Shown piece by piece: positions 9,782 through 20,568 of a stretch of 24,565 bases of DNA. The DNA comes from Octopus sinensis (Eukaryota). The position numbers were made by a program, and so were the translations under genes. Positions within the stretch are counted from its first letter, which is position 1. The number at the start of each line of letters is the position of its first letter. The stretch is from positions 1-24,565 of the forward strand of contig NW_021836397.1 in assembly GCF_006345805.1 (NCBI RefSeq). Reading direction: 5' to 3'. The notes under the pieces were generated by a model that saw nothing but the letters and a program-made list of their open reading frames with translations, did no database searches and was not told the DNA's origin.

Positions 9782-10339
9782 TACAGTCACGCTGTAAATT
9801 CCTCCGATTGGTAATTCCGTTTTCGCTTCTCTGGATGGCATTATAATGTGGTGTGCATATTAGTAGTAACTATAACGATATAGAATATAGGGACTTGTTT
9901 ATCCTCAAGATTTTTTTCCTCTTGTTTTATAATTTCATACAGCATGTTTTATGGTTGTCACGACCGACACGTGTTTCAACTGCCCAAAGTACGGGCAGCC
10001 GCACATGCAACAGAACATGATTTTCTCTGCAGCTACTTCAGAGTCTATCCACTTTGCAGCCTGTATAGTCACCAGCAGACATCGACATCGTCTCGATTCT
10101 CCTACCTTCTGACCCAGCGGTATATCCAGCGTTTGACAGCTAGTGCAAGAGAGAACTGCATCGGGAGTTGGATGGTATATGTAGACCAAAACAACGGGAG
10201 ATGAACACAACGTACATCCTGCAACAAAAATTGAACTTACAACATTGTGATCGTGAGTGGAACAGATAAATGCATTGGTCGAAATGTCGATGTTGAGAGA
10301 TTGTCAAACAGTTTTCGAATACTAAATGATGTCTGGTCA

Positions 10340-10950
10340 CCTCACTTATTCTTTCTTTTGTTCGTTCTCCATTCTTTCATTCTCTTATATTTTCTTCTCA
10401 AGTTCCATTTCTCTTTCATTTTCAGCTTCGCCCACTTATCATTTTTTTGTTTCTTTATGTTCCTTAAATTTTCTTAACAAATTCCTTGGTCTCTCCGCTA
10501 CCTTCGTCCACTGCCACCATCACCACATCTCTCCTTAATCCATTTCTTACCACTAATTATCTCCCTTCCTTCACCCTCTCCACCTTTTTATTCTTTATTT
10601 TTTACTTTTTTTTATCTTTCAGTTTCTCTCAACTCTCCCTTCCAACTCTCTCTCTTCCTCCCATCTTTAATCTTTCCTTTTCCTCTCACATGATTTTTCT
10701 CTCTCTTTTCCTTTCTTCCTTCCGTCTCTCTATCCCGTCTGTCTATCATTCTTTCTCTTTCCTTAAAACGTTTGTCATCCTTCCTCCCATCCATTCACTT
10801 CCCTAATTTCCTTCCTTCTTTTTTTCTCCCTTCCTCTCTCTCTCTCTCTCTACCATCTACTTACTCTCCATCGCCGTTCCTCCCCACTCTCTTCCATTTC
10901 TTCCCTTCGCTCCCTCATTTATAAAAAACTTCTCTTCCATCTTCATCCGT
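10340..10950. repeat. Polypyrimidine low-complexity tract
   Basis: C/T-dominated plus strand. Similar tracts occur at about 1860-2180, 11140-11390 and 17770-18270. Confidence 0.85.
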
Positions 10951-11600
10951 CTGCCCCGTACCCAGCGCCTCATACACGCCATTTCCATCAGACTAACCAG
11001 ATTTAACCAATCGTGTACGTTGCTTCAATTAACACAAGTTGACAAATCTGAAAGGTTTGTATGACAAGAGGAAGCAATTTTATATCACGTGACAGACGCC
11101 ATATTGTCATAGGGTGTCGTCTACCTTTACAATAATTATCTCTAACCTAACTCATTTCTTCCCTTTATTTCCCTCCTTTCGTTGTTTCGTGTCTTTGTTT
11201 ACGCTCTCTTTTTCTTTCGCTTACTCTCTCGCTCACTCTCTCAGTAACTCTCTTTTTCTCTCCCTGTCACCCTCTCCTTCCTCGCTTTATCTATATTCCT
11301 CTCTAACTCTCCCCAACCTCTTCATTGAGATATTTACAGTTTTTGCATTTTATTTTACTGATTTTATTTTTCTCCCTGTCTTTCATGTCATTGCAACATT
11401 ATGTATGTATATATGTATGTATGCAAGCATGCATGAATGCATGTATGTTAGCAAGAGGATGTCTACAGGCATTATGTAGGTGTATATGCGTATGCATGAT
11501 CATATTCAATTATCTATCAGTCTGTCTACTATATATGTGTATGTGCTTCTGTAACTGCCTGACTATAATGTCCCACATGCTTGTATATATGTATATATAT

Positions 11601-11808
11601 ATCTTTTCTACTCTAGGTACAAGGCCTGAAATTTTGGGGAAGGTCGCCCGTCGATTAGATCGACCCCAGTACGCAACTGGTACTTCATTTATCGACCACA
11701 AAAGAATGTAAAGCGAAGTCGACCTCGGTAGAATTTGAACTCAGAACGTAGCGACGGGCGAAATACCGCTAAGCACTTCGTCCGGCTAACGTGCTACGAT
11801 TCTGCCAG

Positions 11809-11810
<2 letters not shown>
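11601..11810 (-). mobile_element. SINE family A, monomer
   Basis: The minus strand reads AGCTGGCAGAATCGTAGCAC..GAGTTCAAATTCTACCGAGGTCGAC..CTGGGGTCGATCTAATCGAC..CAGGCCTTGTACCTAGAGTAGAAAAGAT. Confidence 0.85.
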
Positions 11811-11846
<36 letters not shown>

Positions 11847-11848
11847 AC

Positions 11849-11915
<67 letters not shown>

Positions 11916-12008
11916 GCATGTATATACATACATACATACATACATACATACATACATACATACCTACATATAATATATATTATATATATATATTATATAT
12001 ATTATATA

Positions 12009-12073
<65 letters not shown>

Positions 12074-12075
12074 AG
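11811..12075. repeat. (TA)n-(TACA)n-(GA)n compound microsatellite
   Basis: Direct reading. Confidence 0.95.
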
Positions 12076-12350
12076 CAAATAGAAAATGGTAAGGATATAC
12101 AATCGACAGGCATCAGCCAGTAAACATTCAATCATGTTTATTTATTAAATAATTGCACACATATGCATGAGTGATACAAATTAATGAATGGAAAAAGTTA
12201 ATAACTGCATAAACAAATATATAAATACGTATATATATAGAAACAAATGACTAATAATACATGTGTGTACAGGTACTAATCTCTTACGGCCGTTTCTGCC
12301 ACGAGGCAACAAAATCTTCCAAGCTATCATATAGACATAAATATACAATC

Positions 12351-12416
12351 GATGTAGGCATGGTTGTGTCATAAGAAGCTTGTTTCCCAGTCACGTGATT
12401 TCCAGTTCAGTGCCAG
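12351..12416 (+). mobile_element. Degenerate family-B SINE head fragment
   Basis: GGCATGGTTGTGTCATAAGAAGCTTGTTTCCCAGTCACGTGATTTCCAGTTCAGTGCCA resembles the family-B tRNA-like head. Confidence 0.5.
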
Positions 12417-12596
12417 AGATAATTAAAAACCGTATGTCCTAATAAGGTAACGGTATACGAGAAGGAATTTAGCGAACTGCATGCTCGTGTTCCAGACATT
12501 TCTTATGTTTTATCTTTTACATGATTCAGCCATTTGACTTTGACCATGCTAGGCTACCACCTTGAAGGGCAGGGGATGGTGGTGATCCCTGTTGTA

Positions 12597-12832
12597 CTCT
12601 TTCGCCACAACTTTCTCTCACTCTTACTTCCTGTTTCTGTTGTACCTGTATTTCAAAGGGCCAGCCTTGTCACACTCTGTGTCACGCTGAATCTCCCCGA
12701 GAACTACGTTAAGGGTACACGTGTCTGTGGTGTGCTCAGCCACTTACACGTTAATTTCACGAGCAGGCTGTTCCGTTGATCGGATCAACCGGAACTCTCA
12801 TCGTCGTAACCGACGGAGTGCTTCCATCCATT
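12597..12832 (+). mobile_element. SINE family C, probable 3' portion
   Basis: It begins with a 27-nt block (12597-12623) that is 26/27 identical to 16484-16510, where the family-C head copy ends. The 3' boundary is approximate. Confidence 0.55.
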
Positions 12833-13729
12833 ACACAATATAGAGAAAACACAACTTTAACGACTAGGACCAAGAAAAGATAATATTCCTTGTAACTGAA
12901 TAAAACACATTTACTGTATGCAGCCTATAAATGTCCTGGTTATGAACAGCAAAGCAAGAAAAACTGAATGGGTACAAATTGTTCGGTGTATAAATGCTTA
13001 TTTTTGAAAGTACAAAATGCGCACATTCGCGCGCGCACACACACATATATGCACACATTAATTTGTATATATTTTTTTATTCTACATTCAGTTCGATAGT
13101 AACGTGATTGCATGTATACTTATATTTGATTACGATAGGTATTAGAATGTTGGTTATCTCGTTATTTGAAAGGGTCCGCAGCAAGTCTGAAGGACCAGAA
13201 AATAAATACTGTTTCCGTCTAGTGTTAACATTTAAGACGACACAAGGCTATCGTACGAGACCCATACAACCAATCTTCCATGAGACAAGATCGAGGCTAA
13301 GAGATTAGGATTGCAAAGCAAATTTCTTAATCGATTAAGACTTAACCAACACGTATACGGAAGAAATTTAACTAACAGACATACGTTTATATATACAATC
13401 TAATATATAACATTGTAATACATGTATATGCGTCAAAATGCACATATATAGTCAAACATACCTATACATACTTACGTACATAATCACGTACACAGACAAA
13501 CACATGTACTAAAATATTCTGTTGGTCAAACATTCACTACATGTTCGTTCTGCTTTCTACTTCAAAAGTCTTGATTACACAATTGGTACACATTCCACAT
13601 ACACATACATGCACACATACACACACACACATCCACACATGCATTCACATTCTCTCGCTCTATTATTCTGTGTCTATATCTGTATTTACCTCTTCCTCTC
13701 TCTTTCAAGCACACACACACATATCCACT

Positions 13730-14095
13730 GCATGCTTGTGAGGTCAGAAGCGTGCCTCCCAGCTACATGGGGGCTGCATTCGGCCCCACAGTGTGGCATC
13801 TTCGGCAAGTTTATTCTTCTATAGTCTTGGGCCAACCAAAGTCTTGTAAGTGGATTTGGTAGACGGAAACTGAAAGAAGCCCGTTCTATGCATGTATGTA
13901 TGTATATACATATATCTACGTGTTTTTGTCTCCCACCATCGCTTGACAATCGGTGTTGGTGTGTTTACGTCTGCATACCTTAGCACTTTGCGAATGAGAG
14001 AATAAGAACCGGACTGAAAAACGAAAAGTTCTGGGGTCGATTCACTGGACCAAAAACTCAGGGCGGTGCTCCAGCATAGCTGGAGTCTGCTACAA
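13730..14095 (+). mobile_element. SINE family B, near full-length and diverged
   Basis: Degenerate head, then GGATTTGGTAGACGGAAACTGAAAGAAGCCCG, internal (TATG)n, GCTTGACAATCGGTGTTGGTGTGTTTACGTC, CTGGGGTCGAT and GGCGGTGCTCCAGCAT. Confidence 0.85.
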
Positions 14096-14098
14096 ATA

Positions 14099-14154
<56 letters not shown>

Positions 14155-14399
14155 TATATATACACACATATCCACAGCAAATATTTTCCTTCGATTTACC
14201 CTTCTCTGTGTATATATCCACCCCGCCTCTCTCTCTCTCTCTCTCTCTCTCTCATTCTATAGACAAACACTCTCTCCTCCCCCAGCTCTGTCTCTATGTA
14301 TCATCCTCCCAACCCCCTCCCCGCCACTGCCACCACCATCCTCCTATTCCCCAGTCTTGCAACATCAATCCATCAATTAATTAAAACATCTTTCACACC

Positions 14400-14720
14400 T
14401 CACTGGACATGTTACTTGCAATCAACTACAATTCTTATTACACTCGTTGTGGTCATAGTGGTGGGGTGGGTGGGGTGGGTGGCGCTAGCATGGTTGGTGT
14501 TGGCGTGGATGTGGAGATGGTGGTGGCGGCGGTGGTGGTGGTGGTTGTGGTACCATTTTTGCTATTAGTGATAGTCGTTGGTGGCCACAGCTATGACGGC
14601 CGAGTTGGCTTTGGTTGCGGTCGTTGTGGTGGTAGCAATGGTAGTGGTATTTGGTGGTCTATGTGGATGCGGATGCGGTGATGGGAATTGTTGTTAAGTT
14701 TGGTTCGGTTTGTGTGATTT

Positions 14721-14761
<41 letters not shown>

Positions 14762-14795
14762 AGACAGACAAACAGACCGACCGAGAGAGAGAGAG

Positions 14796-14837
<42 letters not shown>

Positions 14838-15230
14838 AGTAGAGTATTGGGCGAAACACCAACTTGTTTGTGGTGGAGGTGATGGTGATAGCGATGGCGA
14901 TGGTTGTAGTAAAAGTGTTTATGTTGGTTAGAATTTAGGGATAGACAGAGACTGTGCGATGGTATGAATGGTAGATTTGAATGGTAGTGATGGTGGTCGT
15001 TAAGTGTATGTAAATGTAGTTTTCTGAAAGACGTGGATTTTATGTTACTTGTAGTGGTGATGGTGGTCGTGATGGTAATGGCGGTGTCGACGATGTAGGT
15101 CGAAGGCGGTGGTGATTGTGGGGATACTGAATGTGGTGACGGTGATGGTTGTGCCATTGGTGGTGGTGGTAGGATGGTAAAATGTTTAGAAGTGGATGGA
15201 GTGGCACGGACCAAATTTCACACCGATGCT
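14400..15230. repeat. Cryptic (GGT)n low-complexity region with embedded (GA)n/(GT)n
   Basis: GGT/GAT triplet-rich sequence with (GA)n at 14726-14760 and (GT)n at 14798-14828. It accounts for ORF 14591..15214 and its neighbours. Confidence 0.85.
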
Positions 15231-15359
15231 GATATTTGTAGAGGAAGTGGTGTGATAGGGTGAAGACGATGGTTTACGTACACAAACACACACACACAAA
15301 CATACATGCATACATACATACACATACACACACACACACCACACACACACACACTCTCT

Positions 15360-15391
<32 letters not shown>

Positions 15392-15495
15392 AGCATATAT
15401 AGTAAATCCCAAAAAGAAGAACAAACACAAAAAACAACATGAGGACGTGGTACATGTAAAGTATTAGCAGACGCTCAAGGAAGGAATGAACGATG

Positions 15496-15531
15496 GTTTA
15501 ACGTTTCGAGCAAACGCTCTTCTTCAGAAAC
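15496..15531 (-). ncRNA. Minimal type-I hammerhead ribozyme-like motif
   Basis: The minus strand reads GUUU-CUGAAGA-A-GAGC-GUUU-GCUC-GAA-AC/GU-U-AAAC. It has the core CUGANGA/GAAA, a 4-bp stem II, a palindromic ACGU stem III, a GUU cleavage triplet and a 4-bp stem I. Activity is untested. Confidence 0.65.
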
Positions 15532-15859
15532 AGAAGAAAGTCCAATAGAAAAGGAAGACGGAGGGAAAAAATCGCCAATGATTCACATGTGGTTACATTT
15601 ATTATATAGATACGAACATACATTTTGTGTGTGTGTGATGGACGTTTTGTCTGCATAGGCAAGATAGTCCTGTGCCTCCCCCAAATTAAGCTGTTCCTAT
15701 TAATTATTAAATATATAATGTCAAGCATTTCCAGTCCATTATAAAAACTGATTTAATTCATGTATTTCTGTTTGTAAATCAATATATGACAAATATTTTG
15801 TTGTTGGATTGTCACAATAACCGTTATCTTCCCAGGTCAGTGTGTGTATATGTATGGAG

Positions 15860-16005
15860 AGAGAAAGAGAGAGAGAGAGCAAGAGAGAGAGAGAGAGCAA
15901 GAGAGAGAGAGAGCAAGAGAGAGAGCAAGAGAGAGAGAGAGAGACAGAGAGAGAGTGGGCGAGAGAGAGTGGGCGAGAGAGAGTGGGCGAGAGAGAGTGA
16001 AAGAA
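15860..16005. repeat. (GA)n purine tract with GAGAGCAA and GAGAGAGAGTGGGC sub-repeats
   Basis: Direct reading. Confidence 0.85.
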
Positions 16006-16217
16006 AGTAAGTAGAGACAAGTAGGTCAAACCAGAACTCAATACCGAAAGTGAATGTTGCTTAAGATATTAACAGAGGGCTCCCCATACCTGGTTATTCA
16101 AATTTCCTGTTCTCGATCTCCAGAATGTATACGGAGTTCTCAGGCTAATGATCATGAACATAAAGTTCTAGTAACTAGATGATAAGATGTCAGCTGTTTT
16201 GACGATGTGCGTGTTTA

Positions 16218-16284
<67 letters not shown>

Positions 16285-16335
16285 TAAGAGAGTGTGTGAG
16301 TATGTGTGCGTATGCGTGTGTGTGAAGAATACTAC

Positions 16336-16510
16336 GGAGGCACATGACCTAGTGGTTAGAGCAGCGGACTTGTGGTCGAGGGATCGCTGGTTCTAATGTC
16401 AGACCGGGCGATGTGTGTGTTTATCAGCGAAACACCTAAGCTCCACGCGGCTCCGGTGAAGGTAATGGCGAAACTTCTGCTGACTCTTTTGCCACAACTT
16501 TCTCTCACTC
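16336..16510 (+). mobile_element. SINE family C, 5' portion with tRNA-like head
   Basis: GGAGGCACATGACCTAGTGGTTAGAGCAGCGGAC..GGTTCTAATGTCAGACC has A- and B-box-like motifs and continues into non-tRNA sequence shared with 12597-12623. Confidence 0.7.
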
Positions 16511-16994
16511 AAACAATGAACACCGAGTGGATTAAAATAGAATGGAGTGAGGGACGCAGCCAACCAGCCAACCCCACAAACCACGTACCAACACTAAAAC
16601 CTTTTGTTCTCACTCAAGTAGGTTTACTCACTCTCAACACGTTCTCAACAATCTTCCATTTTTTCTCGAATGTACTTTGTGACAAGCATCTCTTCTCCAG
16701 CCTTATTTTCCTTTTCAGATGGCAAAGGCAAAAGTTAACCAACCCAAGGCTGGAGATGAAGATGCCCATCACAATCCCTTTAACTCGCGTCTTCTAATAT
16801 TACTTCCTTCGCGATGGCCACTCATCTTACAAACTTAATGAAAAGATGGACGCATTGGGCACATAATGTATCGCGGGGTGCGCTATGCCAAAAAGAAAAA
16901 TGGTATAAAGGCGAGAAGGTCACGGCTGAAATGTACTTGATCATAGGTTTGTTCGATCTAAGCAGTAGGCCTAGGATTAAAGAATGACATCGAC

Positions 16995-17000
16995 AACAAT

Positions 17001-17044
<44 letters not shown>

Positions 17045-17045
17045 C
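16995..17045. repeat. (AAC)n microsatellite
   Basis: Direct reading. Confidence 0.95.
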
Positions 17046-17284
17046 CTCAGCTCTCAGATAATCTCTTAAACGTGTCATTACAGCTATGATTAAGATCTGA
17101 CATGATTGTCGTAGCTTATGATTTTGATGAAACCAGACGTACGGGTTGAGTTTAAGTTTCCATTCCATTGCACCCTCACCAGTCCCTGCTACTATTTAAC
17201 AAGAAAAAAACCCCCAGAAAATTCGCAATATTTAAACTTTAATAGCTCCGCCATATTGCCACCGTCATTTTCTCCTTTTGCATT

Positions 17285-17700
17285 TATTATTGTTGTTGCT
17301 GCTTCTGTTGTTTTATTGTTGTTGTTGTTGTTGTTGTTGTTATGTATGACAAATTTACTTCTGTTGTTGATGTCATTGCTGTTGTGACTACCGTTGCTGC
17401 TGCTGCTGCTACTGCTGCTGTTATTACCGTTGTAGTAACTGTATTCGTTGCCTCCCTTCCATGTCACTGTTTTTAGTGTTGTTATCATTGCTGCTGTCGT
17501 TATTGTTGTTGTTACGATTGGTAAAGTTTTTGTTTTTGTTAACGTTGTTACTATTCTTGTCATTGCTGTTGTTGTTGTTGTTATTGTCGTTGCTACTGAT
17601 GGTGTTGTGGCTTGTGCTGCTGCTATCGTTAGCTGTTGTTCTTGCTACCGTTGTTGCTTGTGTTATCACTGTTTGCTGTTGTTATTGTTGTTGCATCAAA
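17285..17700. repeat. Cryptic (GTT/GCT)n trinucleotide region
   Basis: Degenerate GTT/GCT/ATT triplets, which give the poly-L/V/N ORFs. Confidence 0.85.
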
Positions 17701-18283
17701 TCAAATTTTAAAAAACCAAACGTTTTAATCGCTTCAAACCTATCTGCCTCTATATTAAGGCAATTAATAACTCTTAACTCTGCTACCTCCTCCAATCACC
17801 TCCTCTCTTTCTCTAAATCTTAATCTCTACTCATTTCATTCTATCTTTTTTCACATCTGTATCACTTTCTCTTTTGCCTTAGAGTTCTCTTTTCTTACCC
17901 GTTCCTTGTCCTTCCCTTTTCTGTGCTTCTCCCTTTAAACTTTCCTTTTATTTGCTTTCTCTCTTCTTTCTTTCTCGCTCACACAAGTTACTCTTCATAT
18001 TAGTCTTTCGTTCTCCTTTCTTTATCTAACACACACACTCTCTCTCTCTCTTAACATCTTCACTATCAATCCCTTTATTTTTATCATTCATTCTTCATAT
18101 TCATCATTCATTTCTCTCAAAACTTCTCACGAGTCTCTCTATCTCTGTTTTCTCCATCTCTCTTTATATTTCTTCTCCTAGTAGCTTCGCCCAAAGATTT
18201 CTGTCTTTCTCAGTCATTTCCTGTCTTCATTCTGTCTCACTGTTCTTGAAGAATTTCAAACATTACTCATTCATCCATCTTGT

Positions 18284-18284
<1 letters not shown>

Positions 18285-18372
<88 letters not shown>
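18285..18372. repeat. (TCTA)n microsatellite
   Basis: About 22 near-perfect units. Confidence 0.95.
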
Positions 18373-18741
18373 GTTAGCTAGCTCTCGGTCTTTCTGTTTA
18401 TATATCTATATATCCATCTATCCAACTATCTATCTCATTCTCTGGGTGTGCGGATGTATGTATCTGATTGTCTGTCTGACTGTTTGTCTGTTTATCTATA
18501 ATATATAAATATATATGAAAGTTACAATTCAAAATCGACATTACAATTGTTCCCGTAAACGGACAATAATTTTCGTTCCAAATCTCTTACATTGTTATAC
18601 AATTCATACAATATTATGTAATACATGCCATAATATATGGAAATATGTAAGAAAATTCCTTTCGTCCATTCACTTCTTCGGCTTTCATTGACTACAGGCG
18701 TGATCGACCTAATGCATATTCAGGTATGAGTCAACTTCGGC

Positions 18742-18742
18742 G

Positions 18743-18794
<52 letters not shown>

Positions 18795-18943
18795 ATATGT
18801 ATGTATGTATGTATGTATATATATACATATATATATATACACACACACACATATATGTATATACATACATATATACATACTATATACATATACATATACA
18901 CATATAATATATACAATATTATACGTATATATATATATGTATA

Positions 18944-19032
<89 letters not shown>

Positions 19033-19095
19033 CTTATATACGACACATACACTCACACAGAGACAAAGCCACATACACATACACACACATGCACA
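18742..19095. repeat. (TA)n/(TATG)n/(CA)n compound microsatellite
   Basis: Direct reading, with a long pure (TA)n at about 18952-19027. Confidence 0.95.
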
Positions 19096-19327
19096 CATTC
19101 GTATGTACACAGACACCTCAAAAGTAGGCAGAGTTATTTTTGGAATATTTATTTCTAGCGACAATATAATGTCATTTGATGCATTTAAATACATACTCTA
19201 GTACTTAGTGGATACGTCTGGTGCATATTACATTAACAAGTCTAGAGACCAGACAAATTCTGAACGGAAAATCGATATAAGGTGGGTGACTATTAACTTC
19301 TGAGATCTCCCTCCCTCTTTGCATATG

Positions 19328-19360
<33 letters not shown>

Positions 19361-19659
19361 CAATTGATGGATAGGTGTCAGTTCCTTACAGCTGTTTCTA
19401 ACGAATTTTTAAATGATCAATGAATACATTATGTCATTATCAAAAGCCGTTTTCATAAATGGGTTCAATAAATTCCGTACATTACCCGAATATCAATTCT
19501 CCCAGTACTTCTGTACCTATGTTCGTATTCGTTCATAATCGTTGGGTTTGCATTTTATTGCGACCTAACCAGGTACCTTAACTTTAAGTTCCTTATTCAA
19601 CTAAATCTTGATATATATATATATATAAATATATATATATATATTTATTTATAAATCGA

Positions 19660-20055
19660 CTCTCTTTAAGCCTGGTACTTAATGTATCTATCTCTTTTGC
19701 CGAAATGTTAAGAGTCGTAAACACGCCAACACCAGTTGTGAAGCGGTGGAGAGGACAAATACAGACACAAAGACACACACAGACACAGACAAACACACAC
19801 ACACACACGCACACGCACGCACACGCACGCACACACACACACACCACACACACACACACACACACAACGCATACACATATAGACACATACATATTTTCGA
19901 TGGTCTTCTTTCAGTTTCCGTCTACCTAACCCACTCACAAGGATTTGGTCGGCCTGAGGCTATAGAAGACACCAGCCCAAGGTACCACGCAGGGGGACTG
20001 AACCCGGAACCATGTGGTCGGGAAGCAAACTTATTACCACACAGCTACGCCAGCG
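19660..20055 (-). mobile_element. SINE family B, 3'-truncated, with expanded internal (CA)n
   Basis: Head at 19900-20055 (GGTTCCGGGTTCAGTCCCCC), internal CA expansion at about 19770-19890, and a 3' part matching 22830-22925. Confidence 0.85.
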
Positions 20056-20128
20056 TTTATATCTATCTATCTATCTCAATCTCTCGCCCCATGTCAAATT
20101 ATATGTATGTATGCATATACATACATAT

Positions 20129-20171
<43 letters not shown>

Positions 20172-20182
20172 ATATAATATAG

Positions 20183-20216
<34 letters not shown>

Positions 20217-20236
20217 CTATATAATATGTATATATA

Positions 20237-20476
20237 TGTTATTCTATTTCGGGATAAATATACGTCCTTCACTACAGATTTATTTTTGTTGTCATTGTTC
20301 TTATTTTATATCCTCTGGAAATCTTTCCTCACACATCCTGTAGCCTCTTCAGCTACTCTCTATCCCATTGTTCTGTTTAGTCCATTCTGTCTTCACATAT
20401 GTTCCACCAATACCGATCTTATCTCTATTACCAATGAGGTGCGTTTTCTCCGTAGTTTAACATACAAGAAATAACA
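20237..20476 (-). mobile_element. 240-bp TG...CA-bounded repeat with hammerhead-like core (Penelope-like terminal repeat or solo LTR)
   Basis: The ends TGTTATT and AATAACA form a 7-bp inverted repeat. The minus strand has CTGAAGA..GAAA at 20352-20318 followed by TATAAAA and AATAAA. It is homologous to 2546-2716. No TSD is visible. Confidence 0.55.
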
Positions 20477-20568
20477 CACAAATCCAATTCACTTGACAGT
20501 CTAATATTTTCTTTTTAAAACAGATCAAAGGTTCTTGAAATCTACGATACTCCTACACAGACGAAATA

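Noticed and set aside
9866-9877. GTAACTATAACG, resembling a conserved large-subunit rRNA / I-CeuI site segment
   Set aside because: Only 12 nt match and the flanks do not continue into rRNA sequence, so it is consistent with chance.
14296-15455. Pro/His/Thr/Val-rich ORFs suggesting a mucin- or extensin-like protein
   Set aside because: They derive from cryptic GGT repeats open on both strands and interrupted by GA/GT microsatellites, with no splice or domain support.
16336-16410. Functional tRNA gene
   Set aside because: The B-box is degenerate (GGTTCTAATG), no clean acceptor stem or terminator is visible, and the sequence continues into SINE body.
17192-17823. Poly-Asn/Leu/Val ORFs
   Set aside because: They are cryptic GTT/GCT trinucleotide repeats read in several frames.
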